This document shows positions 32,907 to 42,474 of a DNA stretch of 53,806 nucleotides, in pieces (position 1 is the first letter of the stretch; each line of letters opens with the position of its first letter). The notes under the pieces are model-generated. The model had not been told where the DNA came from, did not search any database, and saw only the letters and a program-made list of their open reading frames with translations. Location: NCBI GenBank assembly GCA_012862495.1, contig BLSG01000174.1:7890-61695 (forward strand), written 5' to 3'. Made by a program: the position numbers and the translations under genes. The stretch comes from Thraustochytrium aureum (lineage: Eukaryota).

Positions 32907-34343
32907 CTACCCTAGAAGAACAGAACTCGTGGGTAGAGGAAGTGGGCTACAAGCAGTAGGCCTACCTGAAGGTGGTGTCGTCCCTTGGCTGGGACTCCAC
33001 AAAAACAGCGCGGCCATCGCCAACGGCAGGAGAACAGATCTGGGCTTCGCCGAGCCGTCGTCCGATCGGAACAGATCAACCGCGGGAACTTGTACGCGTG
33101 TCGGACAGCGCCGCGCCGCACAGCAAAGCGACGTCCGTCGTGTACCACTGAGCCAACAAAAAGTAGGCAGACAGCACCACCGTCGCATCGTACGGGTCCG
33201 GGACGATGAAGGCCGCAGTGTTTGCCACCAGGAAGAGGAACAATTTGGCCAACCCAAAAACGATCGACCCATCGGTAAAAAAGATGTCCGCTCCGAGCCA
33301 ACCCAGCGCCACGGACAACACCGGCAAAACGTTGCGGTCGGCCGGCATGCGAGTGCCCTCGGAAAGCACCACCAACTCGCCCCTGGTCTCCAACAACGCA
33401 CGCCTCCTTTCGTAGTCCATTCGTCCCGACCGATTCAGAGTACAAGGTGAAAAAAATCAAGGCGCTGGAACCGCTCGCTCTTATCTATTGTCACGCTCTC
33501 TTGCGTTGCGGCGCTGGTCAAAGCGCGCAGGAGCGCCCTCACGTCGGCGTTGTTCTGGAACTCCTTTTGGAGTCGCCGCTCCTCGAAGATCTGGGCTCGC
33601 TCGATGTCAGACTCGCGCCGCGCGGCTTTCTTTAGCATGTACTCGCGCACCGCAGACGCCAGTTGCTTCATGACCTCTGGTGACATGGCGCTGAAGCCAA
33701 CGATTTCGGCGATGCGGTCGTCTCGTTGTCGTTCATGAGGACCGCGCCAGACGCAAAGGACGGCAGCGTCAGGAAGAGGTCGATCCCATCACCTGCGAGC
33801 CTAAACGACCACGACGCGTCCGCATCCTCGTCAGACATAGTCGAAGGCGTTCCTTCCCGGAAGGCTCGCGACGTAGCGTATCCTCCGGCCCAGGGCGCCA
33901 AAGAGCACGGTCAGTGCAAAGCACGACCAGACCACAACCGGCTTGGAGTCAAAGCAGAAGTGCGCGACGACCAACGCAGTTGCCGACACTACCAACAGGG
34001 CCCGGAACACCCACAATGGCACGCAATACCAGTCCAGGTAGTAGTGCGCCCTTTCCATCGCACCGATCTGCCCGCGCGCCTGTCCGTGCGCCAAGTCGAG
34101 CGGCGTTTTGCCACGCCCATCGGGCGACGCGGCACAGTGACGAACCACTCGTTCACCATGTCCCCCAACTGTAACCAAGCAATCAGCTTTCTCTGTAGAG
34201 TACCGGTCCTCTACCGGTCCTCTACCGATATCCTTTTGTTGATGGGTTTCACACCAGCAAAAGCGGAATGCACCGCCGGCGCAGGGCGCGTCACGCGATT
34301 TGCCGAGGTACTTAGTGTCTGCCATAGGACGGCCGCCCCTCAT
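32907..34343 (-). CDS. Hypothetical multi-pass membrane protein, fragmented across several frames
   Basis: Consecutive minus-strand ORF pieces with TM-like segments (VFRALLVVSATALVVAHFCF; VLSVALGWLGADIFF..LAKLFLFLVANTAAF) and a charged helical loop (KKAARRESDIERAQIFEERRLQKEF). Confidence 0.45.
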
Positions 34344-35244
34344 AGTGCAGGTTGGCGCTCGTTTCTACCAACTCCACGGGGGTGTGGGGCCGGCCTCGAA
34401 TCTACCTACAGCAGCGTCTTTTCGCCGCGCGAGCTCCTCTCGCGAATGATGGCCAGGCGCGCTCGAGCTANNNNNNNNNNNNNNNNNNNNNNNNNNNNNN
34501 NNNNNNNNNNNNNNNNNNNNNNNNNNNNNNNNNNNNNNNNNNNNNNNNNNNNNNNNNNNNNNNNNNNNNNNNNNNNNNNNNNNNNNNNNNNNNNNNNNNN
34601 NNNNNNNNNNNNNNNNNNNNNNNNNNNNNNNNNNNNNNNNNNNNNNNNNNNNNNNNNNNNNNNNNNNNNNNNNNNNNNNNNNNNNNNNNNNNNNNNNNNN
34701 NNNNNNNNNNNNNNNNNNNNNNNNNNNNNNNNNNNNNNNNNNNNNGCTGCTTTGACAACAGCCTGCGTCCCGATCAGCCAGCCACCGGAGGTGAGCGCAT
34801 GGGCACTTACTCACAGTTCGAGGTTGAGGCAACATCAATTCGACCCTTACTTTTTCTTTCAAGAAATGCTACAAAGAAAGGCCCGGAAAACGAGATCGCA
34901 GTGCGCGACCAACGACACACGTCTCGGCGCAGCGGCGCAAACGACAAAACCTTAGCAGCCGCAACCACAGTGCCGAGCACCAGAGCTTTTGAAACCAAAT
35001 TGGACCTCGTCTCGCGCGCCTACATCGCCAAAACCTCGAGCACGAACGACAAACGCATCGTCGTTGCGCGCACGTAAGCTTTAACGGGGCAATCAGGCGT
35101 TGAGCTCCACGAGCCTTGACGATGCGGCCAGACGGTGTCGCCCTCCGGGCGGCCTCGCGCGCCATCCCGTCAGGGCCCCGGAGTTCTGGCGCAGTCCGTC
35201 CGCCAACCTCACAAGGGTTTGAAAGCCAAACCCAAGAAGCGACC

Positions 35245-37344
35245 TTACAAGCGGAACACGTTGCCGCTCAGCTTCTTCTTCCAATCGGCCTGGCGCGCGA
35301 CCTCGGCCGGAAGCCCCAGGATTGCTGCACGAGCTCGCAAGTGGTTGCGCAGCGCGAGCAGGACAAAGACGATGTGCGTCTGCGCCATCACGAAACGCAG
35401 CAGCAGGGCCCTGATCTCCGCCAGCGACACAGGGGCCTCGGCCACCTCCCCTGCACCTGCAAACAAAAGCTCGGACATCAGGCCCTGCGCAGTGTAGATC
35501 AAGTCTATACTGTACAGCGTGGAGCCAATCCAAAAGTCGCGCCATGCGAACTCGGGGTAGACCGGGAACCTGGAAAAAAGCACGAGCATGTGCGAGAGCT
35601 CGAGGGAGAGCAACACGGTCCGCGGCTCGTAGGCCTCGCCAAGCTGGATCGCGCAAGCACATCTGAGCGCCAAGTAGAGCAGAAAGAAGGCCCCCAGGCG
35701 CCACGAGTCGATCGAGGCCGTTGAGAGCAGCTGCGCCTTGGAGCGGCGCAAGTTCCAGTCCTGATTGTACGGCCACCGCACGAAAGAGTTTACCTCGTGC
35801 ACGCCCGGCCCGCAATCGGTCATCGCTGTCGCGATGGGCTCGCAATCCGTGTGGCGCGAGTCGCCAGCCACCGCAAGGCCGTCGCCGTTTCCGGACGGCA
35901 TGAGGTGGTCGCCGCAGCGGATCGGCCCCACGCACCGCACGGGGACCTGCCCAATAAAAGCCACCAAGCGGCCCTCGGCCTCTTTGCCGCCGAGCGGCAC
36001 GCCGGCCGCAACCGAAGGGGTCGTCGAGACGACCATGATCGGGCCCGCCCCCGAGGTGTCGAGCGTCAGCCGCTGCTCGGGCGAGCGCAGCTGCACAACG
36101 TGACCGGCTCGGATGTCCTCTTTACTATCGAGGCACGGGAACCACTCTGCATAGTCTGCAGCGTTGGGCGGCGTGATAATCTGGCCGTGGATCCCACCGT
36201 CCACCGTCAGTTTGCCGCGCACGTGGAGGTTTCTTGCCGAAAGGTCGCCGTTGACCACACAGTCCCCGTTCACCGAGATGCTGTGGTCAAAGATGACCGA
36301 GCCCGCAACCTGCCTTGGTGCGGCGAGTGCGCTCTGCTCGACGGCGGGCAGGGCGCCTGGCGCCGCACCCTCGTTTGACCCGTCCGAGCGCGGGGAGGGC
36401 GCCTGGTTCTCGCGGCTCGCCCCGTCCTCCTGCGAGTCGGTCTCGGATGTGTCAGAGAGGCTCCCACGGGAAACAGACGACGCGCAGGAGGTTGACGACG
36501 AGGAAAAGGAGCCGCAAGCCAACGTGTCTGGCGCGGCCGGGGCCTCGGCGGCGCGGCGCCTCTTTTTCACAGTGTGAACTTGCCCGAGTTCAGGCGCTGG
36601 CCAGAATTGCACCATCGATGGTGCGCCGAAGACGATGTGGCTGCGGCAGTCAAACTTGCTGACCGCCGTCTCGCTCGTGGGTCGCTGGATGAGCGTGTAC
36701 CACCTGCCTGCGAACCCGTGCTCGGCGGTGGACTTTGGGTTGCGGGCCTTGCGCGTCATGTTGCGGGCGACGACGCCCTTGCGCAGTCCGTGCCGCGGCG
36801 ACCACCACAGCTCGCCGTTCGAGAACCCCTGGTACTTGACCGCGATGAGGGACTCGGGGCTGCCGAGGCGCCGCTCCTTTTCAGTCTCCGACAGCGTGTG
36901 CTTCAGCGTCGGGGTCACGAAAAAGCACCTCGTCGTTGGCGAGATCGGCGACGCTTGCGGCCTCTGCGGGAGTCTAGAGTCAAAGTCGCCCGCTTCGGCG
37001 CGCTCCAGCAGCTCGATAACGTGCTCGAAAGTGAGCCTTGCGACGCCCGCGTCCGGGTCGCGGACGCCGCACCAGGCGTCGTTGTCCTCCTCCCCGCTCG
37101 CGTCAAACTTGGCCTCGAAAACCTCCTCTTCCGGCTCGGCGGCGCTGTCCAGTCCTCGGATGTCGCGCTTGCCGACACCGGCTGCAAGGTCCTCTGAGAA
37201 CAGGTCCATCATCATCATCATGCCTTCGTCGCCAAAGTCCTCGGCGTGCAGCCCTGCGGTTTGCTTTTCGAGCCCTTCCAGTTTGACGTCCACCTCGCGC
37301 CCGCCGCGCTCCCTGAACGCGGGCTCGCCTTGCGCAGGCCACAT
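35245..37344 (-). CDS. Putative self-cleaving membrane-tethered regulator: globular N-domain, NLS, beta-repeat, Peptidase G2-like intramolecular chaperone, 3-4 TM helices (699 aa)
   Basis: Uninterrupted frame from ATG 37344 (MWPAQG). KKRRR at 36567-36553. ISVNGDCVVNGDLSARNLHVRGKLTVDGGIHG precedes ADYAEWF (36159-36139), followed by VVSTTP and VAFIGQVPVRCVGPIRCGDHLMPS. The C-terminus is hydrophobic. Confidence 0.8.
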   Translation of the reverse strand: MWPAQGEPAFRERGGREVDVKLEGLEKQTAGLHAEDFGDEGMMMMMDLFSEDLAAGVGKRDIRGLDSAAEPEEEVFEAKFDASGEEDNDAWCGVRDPDAGVARLTFEHVIELLERAEAGDFDSRLPQRPQASPISPTTRCFFVTPTLKHTLSETEKERRLGSPESLIAVKYQGFSNGELWWSPRHGLRKGVVARNMTRKARNPKSTAEHGFAGRWYTLIQRPTSETAVSKFDCRSHIVFGAPSMVQFWPAPELGQVHTVKKRRRAAEAPAAPDTLACGSFSSSSTSCASSVSRGSLSDTSETDSQEDGASRENQAPSPRSDGSNEGAAPGALPAVEQSALAAPRQVAGSVIFDHSISVNGDCVVNGDLSARNLHVRGKLTVDGGIHGQIITPPNAADYAEWFPCLDSKEDIRAGHVVQLRSPEQRLTLDTSGAGPIMVVSTTPSVAAGVPLGGKEAEGRLVAFIGQVPVRCVGPIRCGDHLMPSGNGDGLAVAGDSRHTDCEPIATAMTDCGPGVHEVNSFVRWPYNQDWNLRRSKAQLLSTASIDSWRLGAFFLLYLALRCACAIQLGEAYEPRTVLLSLELSHMLVLFSRFPVYPEFAWRDFWIGSTLYSIDLIYTAQGLMSELLFAGAGEVAEAPVSLAEIRALLLRFVMAQTHIVFVLLALRNHLRARAAILGLPAEVARQADWKKKLSGNVFRL

Positions 37345-37395
37345 TTTCGTCGTCGCGCAGTCGGCCGGCTGGGACTGGAGGGTGGGAGGCTTGGG

Positions 37396-37447
37396 GGCTG
37401 GCCGGCTGGCTGGCCGACTGACCGGCTGGCTGGCTGGCCGACTGACC

Positions 37448-37481
<34 letters not shown>

Positions 37482-37530
37482 CTGGTTGGCTCGCTGGCTG
37501 GCTGGCCGGCTGGCTCGCTGGCTGGCTCGC
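37396..37530. repeat. Imperfect (GCTG/CAGC)n tetranucleotide microsatellite
   Basis: Run of ggctggctggct... just upstream of the 37344 ATG. It accounts for the spurious ASQP repeats in the ORF track. Confidence 0.9.
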
Positions 37531-37901
37531 CGCGTCTGGAACTGCTGCTGCCCGGTTCGGTCTCTGTCGCAGGATTGGGAGACTGGNNNNNNNNNNNNNN
37601 NNNNNNNNNNNNNNNNNNNNNNNNNNNNNNNNNNNNNNNNNNNNNNNNNNNNNNNNNNNNNNNNNNNNNNNNNNNNNNNNNNNNNNNNNNNNNNNNNNNN
37701 NGGCCGGCTGGCAGGCAGCGGGGGTGTGCCGCTGCGCCCTGGTGAGAGAGTCGCCAGGCTGAATGGTCGCTTGCGCCACTTTGTTGTTCTCCGTGTACCA
37801 GGAAGGAGGCCCTGAGGAGGCCCGTGTTTCTGCAAGTCTCCTACCTACACGTGCTTTTTCAGCACCTGCTCTGCACGAAACAAAGCACGGACAGCGTGAG
37901 G

Positions 37902-38036
37902 GAAAACAAAAAAGAAAAAGAAAAAGAAAGAAAAAGAAAAAGAAAAAAAGAACCAGACAGAGGGGGGTGAGTAGGGAGAAGACAGAGAGAGAGAGACACA
38001 CAGAGAGAGAGCCTGAGAGAGCCCGAGAGAGAGAGT
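37902..38036. repeat. Purine-rich (GAAAA)n/(GA)n low-complexity tract
   Basis: gaaaaagaaaaaga... and gagagaga runs; this is a polypyrimidine tract on the minus strand. Confidence 0.85.
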
Positions 38037-39020
38037 ATCGTGTTTGAAAGAGAAAAACCGGCGGGGACATCCGTTTCCTCCCCCCCCTCCCCTCACGAAC
38101 GCACGCGCCCTCACACCCTCTCAAGAGGAGGAGGACGAAACCGGGAAAAGTGAGCGAAAATCTCACCGGTGCTTGTGAGGGCGCGTTCTTGAGCACGAAT
38201 TGGACGGCAGACGCAATTCTCGCCTGTCCGCCGAGTTCAAGTTGGCTCGGACGCGAGGAGGAGCGAGAGCGTACTTGCGGAGGACCGCGAAACGTGCGCC
38301 GACCAATCGCTCGCGCTCACTGAGTGAGTGAGGCTCGCGCAGCTCAGCTCCCGCGCAGCCTGTGCGGCAGGCATCCTTGGCGGCATCGCGATCGGAAGGA
38401 GCACCAAGCGAGCAAGCAAGGAAGCGCAAGCGAGCAGGCAAGGACTCGGAAGCGAGCAGGCAAGCAAGCAGACGGGCGCCCCGCCAGCTTGGTTGGACTC
38501 GAAGCTCGGCGATCGATCGATCGAAACCTTGGAAAGACGCGAGCTGGAGTGTGTCCCTGCTCATGTTTGGCGCGCGCGCGCAAGTGGCTGGAGCTTGCTT
38601 GCTTGCAGCGCACGGCTGGCCTGCTGCAGCGCTCGTGTGAGAGCAAGCGCGGCGCGCACTCTCGTCGGGACGACAAGGACCGCCATCCTGCCTCCTGCGC
38701 GGGCACCAAGATCGCGCGAGTCGTCAGCCCAAGCGAGAGCTTCGTGGAGGCTCAAATGCCCGCTCGGTGCAGGCAAGAGGCAAGCCTCCTTGGTGCAGGC
38801 TGCTGGCGAACGAACACGTCGAGCAGAATCCGTCAGGGGCGAATGCGCATGTCGTATGCCAGCGCCTTGAGCGAAACGAGACCACACCAACAAGCGCAGC
38901 ACATGCACCACGAGCCAAGCACTGGAAGTACCCGAAATGGTGCGGCTGCTGGGCTGCTGGTGAGCCATGGTGCGCCTGCCAGGGCTTGAGGCGAGGCGCA
39001 GGTCGACCGGCTGGCACAGC

Positions 39021-42000
39021 ATGGCGCGGCTGGCCTGTGCACTTGCGCACGGCCTGGCACTTGTTGCAGCGATCGAGACTGGCACGCGACTTGCCGACGT
39101 GCACGCGTGCAGCCGACTCGACACAGAGCTGCACGAAGGCGACGCGAGGCCGCGCGAAGGGCGGTTTGAAGCCGCCGGCGTGGGCCTCGGCGTGTGGGAC
39201 GTTGTCATGGAGCACATTGAGCTTGAGGGGCGCGGCGGCAACGCGAACGCCTTCGTTTGTGACGCGGAGCAAGCCAAGTCTGGTGCAAGCTTTCGCGGGG
39301 TGGCCTGCTCCAGCGGGTTTGGCGAAGACAAGCCGAGCGGAAGATTCCTTCTCGCAAGTGGCATGTCTCTACGGGTTGCCCCAGATAGGCTGAGGCACGT
39401 CCTCACGCTCCAAGTCCTGTGCGCCGACAGCCCGTGCTCTGACGCGGACGAAGTTCGTCTTTCAGCAACGTTTCGGCGCGATGAGGTGGAGGCCAGCCTC
39501 GTCGTTGCCCGCGCAATACTCTCCCAGTTGAACGCAAGATCCTGCGCAGGCCAACGTTGGAATACGCTTCGCTTTGACTTGCTTCAGGCCGTCGACTTTA
39601 TAGATGAGCAGGCACGCAGCGGCGCGTTGCTCGTCCGACTTGAACTCGCTGGGCCTGCCGGACGGCTATTGGGCTGGGACAATATCGAGTTTGTGGACCC
39701 GCGCTTGATCAGTAGCGACGCTGCTGGGCCGCAACCTGTGCGCGCACCAACGCGTGAGCCTACGCGTGGCCCAACGGCGAGGCCAACTCCCGACCCCACG
39801 CGGGGCCCCACGCGCGACCCCACGTCGAGGCCAACGCCAGAANNNNNNNNNNNNNNNNNNNNNNNNNNNNNNNNNNNNNNNNNNNNNNNNNNNNNNNNNN
39901 NNNNNNNNNNNNNNNNNNNNNNNNNNNNNNNNNNNNNNNNNNNNNNNNNNNNNNNNNNNNNNNNNNNNNNNNNNNNNNNNNNNNNNNNNNNNNNNNNNNN
40001 NNNNNNNNNNNNNNNNNNNNNNNNNNNNNNNNNNNNNNNNNNNNNNNNNNNNNNNNNNNNNNNNNNNNNNNNNNNNNNNNNNNNNNNNNNNNNNTCCAAC
40101 GCGTGCGCCATCTCGCGAGCCGACTAGGAGACCGAGTCTTGACCCGACGGCGCAGACAACTCTGGAGCCGCTGCCAGGTCCGACGCCCAAGCCGGGCCTC
40201 GAACCAACGCCCATGCCGACTCCCGAGCCAAGTCGCAACCAACCCCACGATTGACCGAGCCAGAACCAACACCCTACCCAACGCGAAGGCAGCCGACCAA
40301 AGCACCAACGAGAGCGCCAACTCAGAAACCGTCTATGCCACCAACAACCCGTCAACCGACTGGATTGCCTACGCGCAAACCCACGACGCTGCCATCGCGG
40401 CCGCCTTCACCGGCGCCGTTCGCGTCGCCGACAACGAGCCGACCAAGTCGTCAACCCTGGGGGTCGTCGACGCACTCGCCAGCTCTCTCGCCGTCGGGCG
40501 GTCCATCCCGAACGCCCGCAGCCGCACCAACTCGAGCGACTTTGACCCAATCTCCAGCAGTCTCGCCCTCAGCTTCGCCGTTGGCAAGCTTCCTTCAACA
40601 GCCAGCAACGCCGCCGATCTCGGCCGGCGCGAGGACGCTCCCGCCGATTGTCGACCTCGACTCGTTAGGCGAAGAACGCCGCAAAATGCCGTGGATCGCG
40701 GTGGTCGGCGTTGGCGCCGCACTGGCGGCCGTCCTGCTGTTTGTATCCGCCTTGGTCTGCGGCGGTGTCAGACAAGAGCTGATCGGCAACAAGAGTTTGG
40801 AGCGCCTTCTGGCTCTCCAGGCCATCGCATCGATTGCAGCTTCCGGGTGGGGCGCGTTCGTTGCGACCTCCATTCCCGCGACGCGAGCTGCAAAGTGGGG
40901 CGCCTATGTCGCCGCGTCAAACGCGACGCTGTCCACACTCACCAGCAACGCCGAGGCGGTCGAAGCTCTCCTGGGAAGCCTCTCAACACCGATGGCGCTT
41001 CGGAGCTTTGAGCGAACGATCGCGTGGCCACAGGCGCAGCAAGTGGAGCGAGTTTCGGCCTTTCGACGTACCACCCTGCCGGACCTCTCGCTGGAGCGCC
41101 TTGAACAGCACTTTGTCCTCTCGAATGCCGGGGACGCAGACTTGTCAACGCGTGGGCTCGGCAGCGATGAGGCCTTCGTTGGGCCCTTCACTTTCCACTC
41201 TGCCTCGTTCGTCCCGCCGAGCGTGGAACGACAAGCTGTGCAGTACACCCAAGCCTCGGCAGGAGCGGCAGCGGCAACTGGCTCGGTGTCGTTGTTGGTT
41301 GCATGCTGTCTGTCGAGGCGGCGCGGGTGGCGGCTTGCGGTAGTGGCTTTGGCTGCCGGGTCCCTCGGTCTCGCATGCGTCGCCTGGACGAAGGTGCAAG
41401 CGGCTGCGCGTCCGCACTATCGCATGTACATTGAAGGCGGAGGCGCTCGGTGGGTCAGAGCCACCGCGATTCACCCAAGCTCGCTTGTCGCGGGCCCAGG
41501 TCCACGGGCGGGCTTTGCGCTCGCGCTGCCCTTTGACGGCGGAACGGTCTGCTACACTGAAATGGGATTTGCTCAAGTCAAAGCGCAGTCTCGTGCCGTA
41601 ATCCGCGACTCGAGCTGCATCTTCGACGAGCAACTCGTTCTGAACGCGACGACAAGATGCGCAAAGTACAGTTGCGAGAGACCTCAGCATTGGGTCACGG
41701 TAACTGACCCGTTCTCGCGTCAACTGTTCGGCTACGAGGCGCTCCAGAACGAGATGCTCTTCGGCGTGGCGCCAGCCCTGCTGTGGTTTGCAGCAGGGAG
41801 CCTAGTTGCAGCATGCCTCGCGTACCACGTTGCTAGCACGGAGCTTTCGCACACTCGCGCGTTTCAAGCCAAAGTTCAGGCCGCCGAGAGGAGCGACGAG
41901 GTGGAACCAACACCAACGCGGTCAACGTTTAGATCCGATATCCTGCTGCGGCTTTCGCGCGCCCGCCGCTCCACGGCCGGGGAGCGGCGTGGTGAGGTTG

Positions 42001-42170
42001 TTCCTGGGCGGCCCCACGACGGTCTGACTGCGCTGCGCCGTTCGGCAGATCGTCCCGACGCTCTGGACTCACTTGGCCGCACGCCACCTGCCAGGCGTTT
42101 CGGGAGCCAACATTGTAGTAGGACCGATCGCCATTGGGCGAGAGCCCCGCAATCAAAGCTATGGAAATGA
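39021..42170 (+). CDS. Cell-surface protein: signal peptide, globular domain, Pro/Thr (PTxxPT) stalk, multi-TM C-terminal region (gap and frameshift)
   Basis: Signal-like start MARLACALAHGLALVAA; PTREPTRGPTARPT repeats on both sides of the gap; TM segments WIAVVGVGAALAAVLLFVSALV, LAVVALAAGSLGLACVAW and ALLWFAAGSLVAACLAY. Confidence 0.7.
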
Positions 42171-42265
42171 TTTTGAGGAAACCATTCTTTCCTCGCGCAA
42201 AACGTGCCTTGTCGAGCACCCAGCAGCGCAAGGGTCTAGCTACTAGTAGAGTGCTTGCCTTCGCG

Positions 42266-42433
42266 AAATCGCAAGAGGAAATCGCAAGAGGAAATCGCAA
42301 GAGGAAATCGCAAGAGGAAGTCGCAAGACGAAATCGCAAGTCCAAATCGCAAGACCAAATCGCAAGACCAAATCGCAAGTCAAATCGCAAGACCAAATCG
42401 CAAGACCAAATCGCAAGTCAAATCGCAAGAGGA
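42266..42433. repeat. Minisatellite, ~13-bp unit AAATCGCAAG(AGG/ACC/TC), about 13 copies
   Basis: Direct tandem repeat visible between two convergent stop codons. Confidence 0.95.
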
Positions 42434-42474
42434 AAGGATACTGATGTGCGCTCTGGGACAAAGTACTTGCTCTG

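Noticed and set aside
35750..36310. Prophage or viral contaminant carrying a tail-fibre gene
   Set aside because: The G2-like domain is in frame with a eukaryote-style NLS, linker and TM helices, and no other viral genes are nearby.
37345..38196. N-terminal extension of the 983-aa ORF (poly-Phe, ASQP repeats)
   Set aside because: It is translated microsatellite and low-complexity DNA spanning a gap; ATG 37344 is the plausible start.
42266..42433. CRISPR array or telomeric repeat
   Set aside because: There are no unique spacers or cas genes, the unit is not telomere-like, and the position is internal.
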